Position numbers and translations under genes: made by a program. Shown one piece after another: positions 1-13,078 of a stretch of 64,000 bases of DNA (position 1 is the first letter of the stretch; each line of letters begins with the position of its first letter). The notes beneath the pieces are model-generated. The model was not told the origin of the DNA. It ran no database searches and saw nothing but the letters and a program-made list of their open reading frames with translations. The stretch lies in NCBI GenBank assembly GCA_010015585.1, contig ML975163.1; one strand, written 5' to 3'. Source of the DNA: Eremomyces bilateralis CBS 781.70 (taxonomy: Eukaryota).

Positions 1-712
<712 letters not shown>

Positions 713-1212
713 GCGTCTGGTCCCGTCGACTCGTATTTTTGGAGGGCAATTGTGAACCATTGCATGTGGCCACTCCCGTGAATTCAGTACTACCGGACAC
801 CAGTATTCCCGTCGATCATAAACGAAGAAAAATGACAGTCCAATGATCCATCAATATTCATCTTTGCAGTGTCATGAACACCAGGCCTACGTGGACATAG
901 TTGAGGTTTCTCTCCAGCAAGACGGTGACGCGATCATTTGCGCCACTGGCTTAAATAGGTACTACAGAGATTGTAGATAGAATGTTTATCAGATACCGTC
1001 GTAGAAATTATCAGCATCAGACTCCAACACCACACAGGGTTTGTGGAGCCTCTCAGTGCTTGACTCAAAACGAATCATCATGTAAACATCTATCCCAACC
1101 CTCCAATTGCCAACGGCAAATTTTTCTGATCCGTCTCCTTCGACAGAGCCAGGCGTGCGCACCAAAGAGTTTGCGGTGCACACCCATCCGGATCGGTCAA
1201 AAGATAGAGATC

Positions 1213-1696
1213 CCACAAACTCCTCGCGTCAAGAATAAGCCCCATCGAGTATCCCCACCCGCTGGATCATCTCCCTCAGTGAAGAGAAAGGTAGACCCAG
1301 CAGGCGCAGGCAATCGCATAACTGTGTAACTCGACGAATAGTAGAGCCCCCACCCACCGTATTCCACCATCTCATCCACACAGCCACCATGTCCCTCCTC
1401 CCATACCCGACCTCCACCGCACTGCGAGACACCGCTCGGCCCCTGGCCGTAGCCAGGAAGCTTCGCGGGCTACAGTGCAAGCGAGCGGCAGGGAGTGCAG
1501 ACGGAACATGGCGCGGGAACAAAGACGACAGGATGAGCGGAGGCATTGAGGTAAGCCGTGAAGCATGCTTCTATGGCGGCGCGTTTCCGCAAATCCAGCA
1601 CACGAGGCGCTGGGACATCCGGGGACTTTCTCCCAAAGTGCAGTGCCAGGTAGACAACGCACTTCGACTGCGATTCTTCGAGCGAGGAGTTTGTGG
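1213..1696 (-). ncRNA. RNase MRP RNA
   Basis: Read on the minus strand: 15-bp terminal P1 (CCACAAACTCCTCGC at 1696-1682 pairs with GCGAGGAGTTTGTGG at 1227-1213); CR-I GAGAAAGTCCCC (1632-1621); GCG-GAAA-CGC hairpin (~1590-1581); CR-IV ACAGTTA (~1325-1319); P2 AATCGCA/TGCGATT; P3 AAGTGC/GCACTT; P19 CCTGCTGGGTC/GATCCAGCGGG; CR-V ACTCGATGGGGCTTA (~1250-1236), which forms P4 with CR-I. Confidence 0.9.
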
Positions 1697-2017
1697 AATG
1701 AAGAAGAAGAGGAGGAAGAAAGTTTTTGGCGGCGCGGAAACTTTTTTTGAGTGCGAATTGTAGCACGTGATCGCACTAGTGTTGGCGGTGCGTTACGGCG
1801 GACGAAGTAGTCCGAACGTGTCACTCATGTCGCAGCCAAGACTTTGGTGACTCAGGCTGTGAGGCATCCACTTACTAGCCTTCGCATCGAAGCTTCAACT
1901 GTACTGGCAGCCTATATCCTTTGTGATAGCTGCACCCCACACTTAAATACAATAGTCTCTACGGTCGAAGTCTGCTAGATCAATCTTACCCATTACCATT
2001 ATCTGACGATCCCCAGA

Positions 2018-3234
2018 ATGTCATTCGGGGCAGCCGCCGCCGGGACCTCGCAAGGCGACACAAAGGGCGATGTCGAGCTCACGGCGCCACCAGAAGACAG
2101 TATTTCGGACCTGGCATTCTCCACCGAAGGAGATTATCTAGCCGTGGCATCCTGGGATCAAAAAGTCCGGATATATGAGATTTCACAGCAGAGTGGCAAG
2201 AGTGAAGGAAAGGCGTTCTTCCAGCATGAAGGGCCCGTCTTGAGTTGTAGTTGGTCGAAGGTATGTGGGCTATTTTGATCGCAGTTACAGCACCATGCTG
2301 CGCGGGTTGCGACCTAAGAAAGAATATCATGATGAAGCTAACTTGTACAACAGGATGGTAAATACGTCGTCGGCGGCGGTGCCGACAAAGTCGCGCGACT
2401 CATCGACCTGGGCGCAAACACCAGCAGCAGCACCATCGTCGCTCAACACGACCAGCCGATCCGCTCCGTCAAGATGTTCCAAACGAACGGCAACAACATG
2501 CTGGTGACGGGCTCCTGGGATAAGACGGTCAAGTACTGGGACCTGCGACAGCAGACACCGATCGGGTCCATCACCTGTCAGGAGCGGGTGTACACCATGG
2601 ACATGCGAAATGAGTTGCTGGTGATTGGGACCGCGGATCGGTATATCAACATTGTGGATTTGAATAATCCCATGACCTTCCAGAAGACGCTACAAAGCCC
2701 CTTGAAATTCCAGACGAGGACGCTCGCGTGTTTTGCGGACGCCAGTGGGTTTGCGATCGGGAGCATCGAGGGTCGGTGCGCGATTCAGTACAAGGACGAC
2801 ACAAATTCAACGTGAGTATCAATAACCGCCTAAATATCCCTCTCGATATCCCTGCTAATCTTCATTCCAGCTTAAACTTCTCCTTCAAATGCCACCGCCA
2901 AAACGCTACACCCGACACCTCCAAAGTCTTCGCCGTCAACGCCATCTCCTTCCACCCCATCCACGGCACCTTCAGCACCGCCGGCTCCGACGGCACTTTC
3001 CACTTCTGGGACAAAGACGCCAAACACCGATTGAAAGGATTCTCGGACGTCGGCGGCCCCATCACCGCCACCGCGTTCAACCGGACCGGAACCATCTTCG
3101 CGTACGCCGTCAGCTACGATTGGAGTAAAGGGTACGCGTACCATAATCCGAACAACCCGAATAAAATCATGCTGCATCCGGTGGTCGGGGAGGAATGTAA
3201 GCCAAGGCCGGGGGGGACGCAGAGGAAGAAGTGA
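2018..3234 (+). CDS. RAE1: Poly(A)+ RNA export WD40 nucleoporin Rae1/Gle2 (SonA)
   Basis: WD40 repeats PPEDSISDLAFS, LVTGSWDKTVKYWDLR, GSIEGRCA, FSFKCHR, GTFSTAGSDGTFHFWDKDAK, YAVSYDWSKG; introns ~2261-2352 and ~2812-2870. Confidence 0.95.
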
Positions 3235-3647
3235 GGTGAAGAGACGGGAAATGATTCGATTGATGATGGAGGCAACCAATGCTGGTTTGTTGCGACGGGT
3301 CGTACGGGACGCGAGTGCCAGGCACTTGGACTGAATGGAGGTCATGAGGGGGACAACAAACCAGAGCAATCCTAACGCGGCGCAAAATTGTCTGATGCTT
3401 GCAAGGAAATTCAGGCGCGATAGAATAGGACACAATGATGGATTTCAGTCCACAGAGGTACTGAACATCAAAAGATACCCTGTATGGGACATGGATAGTG
3501 GGATTGGCGTTCCTAGAAATATGAAATATCCGAACTCTTTGTCATTTGCATGCTGATTCGCGTATCTTACTGGTGACCGGCTATACCGCCAAGGTTGGCC
3601 TCTAGTAAATGATATCCAATCCAGAATTTCCTCCAGACCATCCTATA

Positions 3648-4618
3648 TCAAGATCCTCCCAGTGCCCCATCATCCCCCATCAACTCCGCAAACCCCTTGT
3701 CCGAATCCTTCGCAATCAGTTCATCCATCCCCTATCCCCACCGTTAGCCGCCTTTCGATCTCTCTCATTCCCAAAAAGGATATTCTTCGTCCGAACACTC
3801 ACCTCTGGCATTGCCGGCTTCCCTCTCTCATCCTTCACATACCGGAACGGCATCTCCGTGGTCTCATGCTTGTTAATCTTGATCTCCGGATAGTCGATAT
3901 ACGGGATCTGGTCTACTGGGATCCCGGATGCGACTACTAGTCGGGTGACGCGGACGGCGGTGTCGGTCGTCATTTGCAGGGGACCAAGTCGCCGGGTGGG
4001 GAAGCCTTTGCAACGGAGCTCGGAGGTGCGGTCTTCAGATTGGTTAGTAAAAGATAATAAGAGAAACAGGAGCCTTTAGCAGGTGGAGGAAAGCAGATGA
4101 AAGCTTAGAAATGATACCTCGTGGAGGGTCGTCGCCTAGAACGGCAGAGTCAGCGGCATTCTAAGTTGATGATAATTAAGACCGAACGGGTAAGAAACGG
4201 ACGAACCTAATATCCCACCGAACAAAAATGCATCGAACACCTCTCCATCCTTCGGCTCCAACTCCTTCTCCGCCTTCGGATCCAGCAAACACACCCTCTC
4301 CTTCCTCCATAACTTCCCCTCCCCCTTCTCCCCCTCCTGCCAACACATCTCCTCCACACTCCGGTGCTCCACACTCACCATCCCCCGCGTTTGCAGCTGC
4401 TGCAATTCCGCGGGGAGCTGCATGGACGGAGGGACGGAGGAGAGGATGAAGTAGGGGGTTTTGGAAGGGGTGGAGGACACGGATGAGGAGGGGGGGTAGG
4501 TTGAGTGGGTTTCATTGGCGATGGAGGCATACTCGGCGGTCGACCAGGGGGAGATTTCGGGGTCGAGGTGCTCGATTAGGTAATGGTGAGGGCGCGGGTC
4601 GGTGGGTGAAGGGGCCAT
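3648..4618 (-). CDS. SFM1: SPOUT-family SAM-dependent methyltransferase Sfm1 (DUF431)
   Basis: Spliced translation gives YLIEHLDPE..WS..EY, CLLDPKAEKELEP, FLFGGILGDDPPRDRTSELR, RRLGPLQMTTDTAVRVT, TEMPFRYV; three introns including a ~18-nt micro-exon near 4118-4135. Confidence 0.88.
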
Positions 4619-6944
4619 TATGGAAATGATGATGTACGGGATTGGGATTCCTTAATCCTTGATAATTCCTTGCTCTTTGTGAAGTACCGGAATTCAGGTC
4701 ACTTCAAGTTGAATCCCTTAGTTACCTTCGTCCATTAACTGTGGCCCAAATATTCCTTTCAGAATTTTGGCTTGATGAAGTCTGTAGAGGATGGAGGATC
4801 TAACTCTGTCACGCCGAAAAATCTTATTAAGCACTCTGAGTATCCGAAGTCCAATTGAATGTAAGGACCGATAACTACTAGAAAGTCAAAATTTCCACGT
4901 AAAGTTGTCTTAGGTCAATAAAATGATGCAGATTAAATCTGATATTCGACCCGCGTTGATGCCTGGGTGCCTGAGATTGAATGCTCCCAGCCTCCGCTGA
5001 TGCAGACGTCTGGTCGCTCCGTCGTGTGTCAATGTCAGCGTTGTGGGTGACCCCCCAGATGAACTCAATTCACCTCCACCACGACGCTCAGTGATCATCA
5101 GTCCCTACAACACCACCCCTATTTCCAAATCTATGTGTACGGAAGCAGGCTCTCCTTCCTACCCGTAGTAAATTAAAAGCAGCATACGGAGTATATCACA
5201 GGAAATTTATCCTTGAGTTTGCATATTCGTCAGAACCATATAAACATCATATTTTGAAACTCAGAAAAGACTGAGACACTACCAAGAGTATCTATCCATT
5301 GAACATGCTGACCCAGTAGTTAATTTCTGGATAAGGAGTGTGCCACTGGTCAATCCATGCATCATATGCTTCTTGGTTCAGTCTATATCCCCTTTCGCCT
5401 TCTCTCAGTTCAAAAAGCTCGTCTATTGGATCTTCTGACTCGTCTTTGGTTCTTTTGCCTCATCTTCGTCGGGAGGAAGTACAGTATGTATACAGAAAGC
5501 CAAATGGATTCAAGACCAACCATGATCTCAAGGCTGTCTGTCGAAGAGACACATATGGGTTATTTATCTCTCGAAAGGCTGTTTCATCTAACGAAATCTC
5601 CAAAGACTCGATGGAACCGCTGGACCGTATCGTCAGACTGTTCTGTTTACGGTACTTCGCCGGCCTCGACACGGCTTGTTAAAGCCTCTTTGAGGATACA
5701 CATCAGAGCATTTTACCATCCAACTGTCAAAAGCGTTGTAAAATACAGGTAGAAGTGTACTGGTACTGGTACAAGGCGATGATCGGCCAATGTCAAAGGC
5801 GGAACGAAAACGTTTGTCCAAAACCAAGTTCTCGCCTTACGGATATTGGTGCCAGAATTTTGAATACTGATAGGTGCACGATCCTTTTTCCTTCCCTCCT
5901 TCCCTGCTGACAGGCCCGGATACGGGCATTCCAGCCCAATAACGGGAAGTCACATAGCAGGGGCTGCCCATGTTTCCTGCCCATCACACCTAGAAACGGG
6001 GAAGGAGTTGCCCAGGCACCGCTGATGACTCAACGCCGAGCGCCCTCCTCATTCGATACCTAAGATCGGTGCTGAAATATCGCTGGGTATCTATGATTCT
6101 GCATATTTGACGATAATAAGCGAGGATCAATATCCAAAGCCTAGAACGAACAAGGCGAATGTTTGTTTAGATAAAGAATGGAGTATTTACCGTAGAGATG
6201 GTACTGCGGCTGAAGATGAATGACATAAAATGACGGGTGATGCCAAGTGACCTTTTTCGTCCCTCCCTTTGCTTTCACCGTTTGCCATCCACGCCTTCCT
6301 CACCAGCTCCACGGTAGTGAGTATCATCACCACCCTGCAAACCCATCCATCCAACAGCGACGTCATTAGTCACCACATCCATCTAACGCGACTTCTTTCT
6401 TGTGTGACCATCTTCACCGCACCATTCACGCAATTTGCCTCCGATCACCAACCGCTTCACAATTCGCATCACGGCATCTCCCGCAGCAAATTGGACCAAT
6501 TACGTGTCACCGGCTCTGCTCCCCGCTACGCACCCCGCCTTGACTACTTCCAGTCCTAGTTCTACATAGGGAGTCCTGGCTTTCCAACGTCCCATCACCC
6601 GTCGATTTTCTTGCTATAACCCTCCTACAACCACGATCCTAGACCTTTACATCTCCGAGAATATCTCCTGCTCATTGAAGTCATTGACACGGCTCTCTTT
6701 TTACCTCCGAGGCAACCCGACGGTCCAACATTAAAAGACACCTTCGTTCTCGAAGCTTGGAGATCGGCAATACGTCAAGAAAAGTCCAGGGATCGGACCG
6801 AGATTGCCTCATTGCGAGGGCTAGACGGCCTGCAGATTACCCAGCTTCATCTTGGATAGCTGCAAGCGAGCTCTACGAAACTGTGCTGCCGAATCCCAGC
6901 GACTCCGACATAGCTGAGCAAGCTCGATTGAGGACCACTTCGAC

Positions 6945-7575
6945 ATGATGAACCCCCATCAGCAGAACAAGGTTGACGTCAGCGTAAGTCCAGTCCCATA
7001 CGCATCGACGACCGCGAATATCCAAGCTGGCGTTCATTCTCGTTGACACCATGATATTAATTCCCGCTAACACCACCCCAGTCCCTCTCCCCCGAGGAGC
7101 AACGCCTCTTCCGCCTCTACGGCAAGCTCCCCAACAAGAAGGACCTCCTCCAGAACAAACTCAAGGTACTCCCCCCTCCCTCTCCATACCCTCACACCCA
7201 CTAACCCCCCTCCCCTCCTAGGAACGCAAATACTTCGACTCCGGCGACTACGCCCTCTCCAAAGCCGGCAAAGCCTCCGACATCGGCGTCACCTCCGTCG
7301 GCACCTCCCACCCCTCCCCGGAAAGCATCCCGCACCACGCCCCCTCCGCGCTCTCCAACACCATGACGCACAGCCAGCCGCACAACGGGAGCCTCGGCGG
7401 CGCCAGCGGTGCGAGCGGGGCGCCCGTGCCGAATTTCCAAGGGCACGGACACCGCGGGAGCATCGTAGGCGGGAAGGCGGGCAGTCCGGTGAAGGAGGGG
7501 AGCGTGTTGAGGGAGAATAGCGTGGATGATGTGGAGGAGGAGGAGGAGGGGAAGAAGGAGGGGGGGAAGTCATAG
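6945..7575 (+). CDS. Endosulfine / cAMP-regulated phosphoprotein (Igo1/ENSA/ARPP-19 family)
   Basis: Not captured properly by the ORF track; spliced MMNPHQQNKVDVS|SLSPEEQRLFRLYGKLPNKKDLLQNKLK|ERKYFDSGDYALSKAG contains the FDSGDY Greatwall/Rim15 site; introns ~6984-7081 and ~7166-7220. Confidence 0.93.
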
Positions 7576-8415
7576 CGGTTGGGAGGGAGTGGTTTCGTTT
7601 TTTTGCTTTCGTGGTGCGGATCCGTTTCGATTGCGTATCCTGGATATGGCTTTTCAGTGGCCGTTGTCATTTCGAGAGATGGACTGGTTCGAGATACCAC
7701 AGTCGTTCCCTTGAATTATTACCAAGAGCTGGGCGCGGGCGTTGGTGAGGAGCGCTACTCTACGTAGCCAGGTTTTTTTCTTCACTTCTTGTACTGTATA
7801 TTTCCACCGTCATCTTTTCCCTCATTCTCTCCTTTCCTTTCTCTTTGATATCCGCATTCCTGGTTACCGGACACTCGAATCCGTGTTGAGAAGGAGTCGG
7901 ATACGAAGAGTAAAAAGAGGAGAATCGGGAACCAACAAATTGCTATATTTGCAGACCCATCTGCATTTCTTATGTTCCATATCATCGTTCAACGGCCGTA
8001 CAGGCGCAACGTGACGGCTGTTCTTGGCAGTGTCACTTGAGCCCACAGAGTGCGACTCCGAGGGCATTACATGGTATGTATCTTCGTCATATCCTATCCT
8101 ACCCTATCGTCGCCGTCGTCAGGAAGGGGATATTTAGGTTATGAGGCGTTTCGCAATGGTCCCACAAAAATATATACGGACTGTGAAAAGTCATGGGCAA
8201 GAATTTGATTAGGTTGAGGCTGTCGAATATATGATGGATGTGTTGATCATCTACGAGCGATGCTTTGAGAAACATGTGCTGTAGACGTGCAATGTATCGT
8301 GACCGGCAATCATGAACTTTAATCTAGTTCTCTTCTACTTCCTTTTGGTCTTAAGACGCCTTTTCCCAACCCTTCCACGAAAAGGTCGATTCCTTCTCTC
8401 CTACATGCCTTCAAT

Positions 8416-9756
8416 CTATGCCTCCACCGACAACCTCGCCATCTCCTTAACCCCCTCTCTCGTCTTCGCACCCCCAATAAACCCACTCGCATGCACAAAC
8501 ACTGCCCCCTCCACCCCACTCACCTTCTCCAACTCCCCATCTCTCACCCCCTTCCACCCATCCGGCAAATCCTTCCGATTCACGAACCCCCCGTTCTGCA
8601 CGCTCACTGACCGAATCCGCCACTTGCTGTCCGCCGCCCCGGACTCCGGGAAGAGCACGTAGAGCACCTGCGCGCCCTCTTTGCTTCCTTCCGCTTCAGA
8701 CGCCTCGGCCTCCACTTCGTAGAGGTGATCCGCCCAGGGTAACCCACCGTCGCGATGTGGCAGCTCAAGCACTTTCCCCGACGGATGCACGGATTTGCGG
8801 TTCGCGTACGCAGCGCGGACGAGCGCGCGGGCGGGAAGCCATGCTTTATGCGCGTCGTGCAGCGCGAGGAGGAACTGCGTCCCGACGAACGTCGATGCGT
8901 GGAGGAAGTGCGAGTCCTCGGTCGCCTGAGGATCTCTGATCTCCGTCTCCTTCGCCGGCGCGTCGGGATCCGGGGTGGCGAGGGACGACGGTGCGATGCA
9001 GGCCGGGGTGGACGGCGGGATGGAAGGGAACGGCGCGGACTCGGGGAGCGACCAAGTGTGGTTGAAGCGGTTGACGGCGGAGGCGAGGCTGAAGCCGCGG
9101 TCGGAGAAGCGGGGAGCGATGGACGCGGAGGTAAGTGCCGCGGTGTCGTAGACGGAGATGCCGTTGTCGTTCGCGTCGAACGCCTCGACGAACTCGGTGT
9201 AGATGCGCTGGAACAACGTCTCGACGTCCGCAGCCTCTTTCTCCCCCTCCAGCCCCGTCACGGCTGCGACGATCGCCCGCCCGAAATGCAGCCACACCAG
9301 CCCCGCGCTGGACAGCTTCGTCGCGCGCCCGGGGAACGTCGTGGTGAATTCGCGCTGGTGGTGGTCGTAGCGGTGGCGAACGGCGTCGTATTCACCGCCG
9401 ACGTCGACGACGACGTCGCATTGGGTGAGGATGGACGCATCGCGGGTGCGGACGAGGGGGCTAGTGTGGTAGGCGGGGAGGAGGCGGAGGAGGAAGACGG
9501 CGAGGGCCTCGTCGGCATGGAAGTGCCCGCTGTGGGTGCCGATGAGGGGGGAGGTGGAAGAGGAGAGTTTGGGGCGCTTGGAGAGGGGGGAGTCGCCGCG
9601 GGGGAGGGTGGAGGTGGACATTTTGAGGTGGAGGGGGAGGATTGGGTGGGTGGTGCGAGACGGGGAGGGTTTGATGGGCGGGGATTGGGAGGATATGCGG
9701 CGGGTTGATATGAAAGGGATGAAACGTTTAGGGAGGACGCGGACGTGGATGCTCAT
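8416..9756 (-). CDS. MYG1: MYG1/UPF0160 family metal-dependent hydrolase (exonuclease)
   Basis: IGTHSGHFHADEALA, VVDVGGEYD, YDHHQ, KLSSAGLVW, DANDNG, FVHASGFIGG; intronless; alternative start at 9621. Confidence 0.95.
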   Translation of the reverse strand: MSIHVRVLPKRFIPFISTRRISSQSPPIKPSPSRTTHPILPLHLKMSTSTLPRGDSPLSKRPKLSSSTSPLIGTHSGHFHADEALAVFLLRLLPAYHTSPLVRTRDASILTQCDVVVDVGGEYDAVRHRYDHHQREFTTTFPGRATKLSSAGLVWLHFGRAIVAAVTGLEGEKEAADVETLFQRIYTEFVEAFDANDNGISVYDTAALTSASIAPRFSDRGFSLASAVNRFNHTWSLPESAPFPSIPPSTPACIAPSSLATPDPDAPAKETEIRDPQATEDSHFLHASTFVGTQFLLALHDAHKAWLPARALVRAAYANRKSVHPSGKVLELPHRDGGLPWADHLYEVEAEASEAEGSKEGAQVLYVLFPESGAADSKWRIRSVSVQNGGFVNRKDLPDGWKGVRDGELEKVSGVEGAVFVHASGFIGGAKTREGVKEMARLSVEA

Positions 9757-10894
9757 ATAACAGTTCGGTATACAGAGAGGATGTGGTGTTCTTGATATTT
9801 CGAACCGGTGGAATTGTCCTTGAAGAAGCTTGGTAGTCTTCCAGAATGCCCTCCCTCATTCAGCCATTCTCTTGCAAATAATCCTTGCCTTTCTTGGGAT
9901 GTTTTTATGGGCCCAGGCCAAACTGTGGCTGGGAACTGTGGCTTGGCAATACATGCCATCAGCCAATCACAGCTCGTATTTATCAACCGCCGACAACCAG
10001 CAACTTGTCCTCTACGCCAAAAGCTCAAGGCCTCCGAATGCTCAAATTAAACGAAACGCCTTCGCTGTTCACCCATGTTCCCGTCGTGTCTGCCGTCCGT
10101 GTACTTGTGCAGGTGTCTGTGCAGACTCGAGCTGGGAGGAACACACTCTCCTCGAAGATCAAAACCAACCGCGAGTGAACTTCGGTGGATATCTCGGTCT
10201 AACTAGCTCCAGGATCACAAGTCTCGTCGATCAACCTTACAGGCTCTTCAGCAACCAGATTGAGGTGCAGATAGCCTGACCACTTGAGCACAGGCAGCAC
10301 GCGACAATCTCCTCCCCTGGCCAGATTTCTTCCTTCAACTTTTTCTTGGACACCACCCTCCACCTTCCCTCCGCCCTCCGCAAGCCTCCTCATACCCTTC
10401 TACGATCCTGCTTGCTCGTTGAACAAGTACAACTTGGCTCCGTGGTGCGACCTGTGTCCTACTTATTCCTGGAGTAATAATATTCATCCTGCGTCGCCTC
10501 TTTCATCATAACGCCAGGTATCACTCTCCTTAGGTCGCCGCTATCCGTGCCCAGTCCTCGCAACACGTCGACATTGAATATTTGATAAGCGGCTCGTTGG
10601 CGTCTTTGGCTCCTCTACCAATCATCACCAGATTTCAACACTCTAGAAAACGACACGCATAATAGAACATTCGTGTTTTCGGTAGACTGCACGGGAAGGA
10701 CCGCCGTCTTATCATCCTTCTGCCGCTTGGCAGGCGCGTCTGCCTCCGCGCTTTCAACACTATCGACGATCTTTCAACACTGCATTTCAGTCGTCAGGCT
10801 GTGATAAAGTTTTCGCGCACTTTAGGGTCGACGCGAATCCTTCGATATCCCCCCTCGAATCGTAGCTATCGAATCGATATATCAGTCGCCAACG

Positions 10895-12340
10895 ATGCCG
10901 TCCATAATACGAACGTTCAGCTCCGCAACCACCCTTTTCATCCTCCTCTTCACAATCCCGCTTACCTTCGATGTCGGCGGCCGATCATGCGGGCTCGCCT
11001 TTTCGCTTTCCCTTTCGGTTTACTATTTCTTTGTCAGCATCCTGCGACTATCCACACCTGATTCATCGCGGATCCGAAGGACGGGGATATTCTTTCTGCA
11101 ACACACGCAGTGGTTCGTCATCGCGTTCCTGATGCTCTGGACCATGAACAAATTTTCCGTGGACGCTGAGGCCGAGGGAGGAGGTGGCTGGGTCACGAAG
11201 GCGTTTGGTGCGAAGGAGAATCCGACGATGGAGGACGGGTTGTGGAATTGGGTGTTCGGGCAAGGTGGGGTGTTGGAGCAGTGGACGATTGGAGGATGGG
11301 ATAAGTTCTTGAGGTGGAGCACGCCAGCTTTTCAACTTGCGGAGGGGTTCTGCAGTTTGTTGGTGATACAAGTCGCTGGACAGATTACGCGGTGGCTCGT
11401 AAATCGAGAGCGAGGAGATAGCTGGATGGTAAGCTCCTTTTATCTCCCCCCTGTTATTGTCATGCGACTTCAATATCGAACACGAACTAATGATGCCTAA
11501 TAGATCGGCCTCCTCACCGTCTCCGCCAGCATTTTCGCCTCCTCCATCTACTTTCTCTACCGAATCACCACCTTCCCCTCAATCTCTCCCACCTCCGCCG
11601 TCCTCATCGGCAGCATCATCACCTGCGCCATCTTCCTCTGCATCTGGGGTATCGCCTCCGGCCGCGGCAACCCCGTCGAATCCTCCCTGCTCTTCGCCTA
11701 CATCACCCTCTGCATCTACCAAATCTTCACCGACTTCCGCGGCCACTCCCTCGCCTCCGAAGTCTCTCAAGACCCCTCCTCCGACCCCCCTGCCCTCCCT
11801 CCTCTCCCACCGATCATCATGGCCTCCTATTCCACCCTGCTCGCCGCCCTCCACTCCCTCCCGGAAATCCTCCACACCTCCTTCGCCTTCGTCCACGCCG
11901 CCCTCCTCACCATCACTCCCTCCGTCCTCGTCTCCCTCGCCTTCCGCGTCGCCGTCATGTCCACCGCCGTGCGCCTCGTCCCCGTGATCCGCGACGGTGG
12001 CGCCCGCGCGCTCGGCTCGGAGCTCTCCCTCGACGACTCGGACGAGGCGGGGCGGTTCCTGGCGGGGCTTTCCTGGTTCTCCCCCACGATTTTGGTCGCG
12101 GTGTACACGAGCCTGCTGATGCAGCATTTCGATCGCGGGACGCTGGAGGGGACCGGGATGGGCGTTGGCGCTGGTGTCGGAAATGGCGCGGCGTGGGGAG
12201 GAATGTGGATGTGGGGCGGCGGCAATTTCTGGGATTTCTGGCGCTGGATTAATCTGGTTGTGACGATGGCACTGTATGCGGTGGAGATGCAGTTGGGGAG
12301 GGACGATGGTGGATTGACGACGCACTGGAAAGATGATTGA
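10895..12340 (+). CDS. ICE2: ER membrane protein Ice2
   Basis: TIPLTFDVGGRSCGLAFSLSL, QLAEGFCSLLVIQ, GRGNPVESSLLFAY, FSPTILVAVYTSLLMQH; multiple hydrophobic segments; intron ~11429-11503. Confidence 0.9.
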
Positions 12341-13078
12341 GCAGCGAAATCGTTACAAGCGCGGGATTCTTCCCAGCTGGCCCTTGGAAACCGGGATTTC
12401 GAACAGTAACACGGCACATCGAAGTTGGTGCCTGGATCCGCGGGAGGGCGGAGAGGCGGATGCGAACTCGCCCAGCAGCATGTCGAGCGGAATTTCCGAA
12501 GAATGAGACTGAGTTGAGAGGATGTAGACAGTCCACCATCGCGGCATTCGAAACGCTTCCTCGAAACTCTTCTAGCTACTTCTAGACGCGCATCAAAGCA
12601 ACGCGGAGGATGGAGTAGCGTCCGAACACGGTGGCTCGAAGAGAAACAGCCAGCGAGTCGATTCGAGACGGACATACCAAGCGCTTGAAAGCTGAGCGAC
12701 AAAGACGTGACATCCCGTTTGTTTTTGTTGGTGTCAAGCCTCATTCTGCCATGCAATGTGAATGGAGAGGAAACACTACAGCGGCCCTAAAGGATATGGC
12801 GATTGAGGTGCGCATCGCAAGTCAGCGCGTGCATTTGGTACGAATACCCCCAGTTTGCGGACGATTTAAGCACATCAAGGGCATGAAAAAGCCTTTATTT
12901 AGCTTAGGATCGAGATAACCAGATGAAAGTCCATGGAATTTTGCTGTACTTGAAATATGCTCAACAGTGGTATCTTGCTCCCTATCGTAACTTCATTCTC
13001 CCAAACTTAGCCAATGCCTTTAAGGATACCCATCCCATCCAAGTCTCCATGATCATAACCAACACAGCGACATCAACA

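Noticed and set aside
1213..1696. 15-bp inverted repeat as MITE/transposon terminal repeats
   Set aside because: No target-site duplication seen, and the internal conserved MRP motifs identify it as helix P1
982..1824. Overlapping ORFs (982-1329, 1229-1546, 1372-1824, 1389-1763, 1470-1766) as protein genes
   Set aside because: No recognisable protein features; the region is explained by the structured RNase MRP RNA
8755..9708. Long antisense ORFs over GC-rich genes (also 11579-12756, 12923-13898, 31442-32140, 48225-48947, 52134-52913, 55485-56093)
   Set aside because: Shadow frames caused by codon bias in the real genes; low-complexity translations
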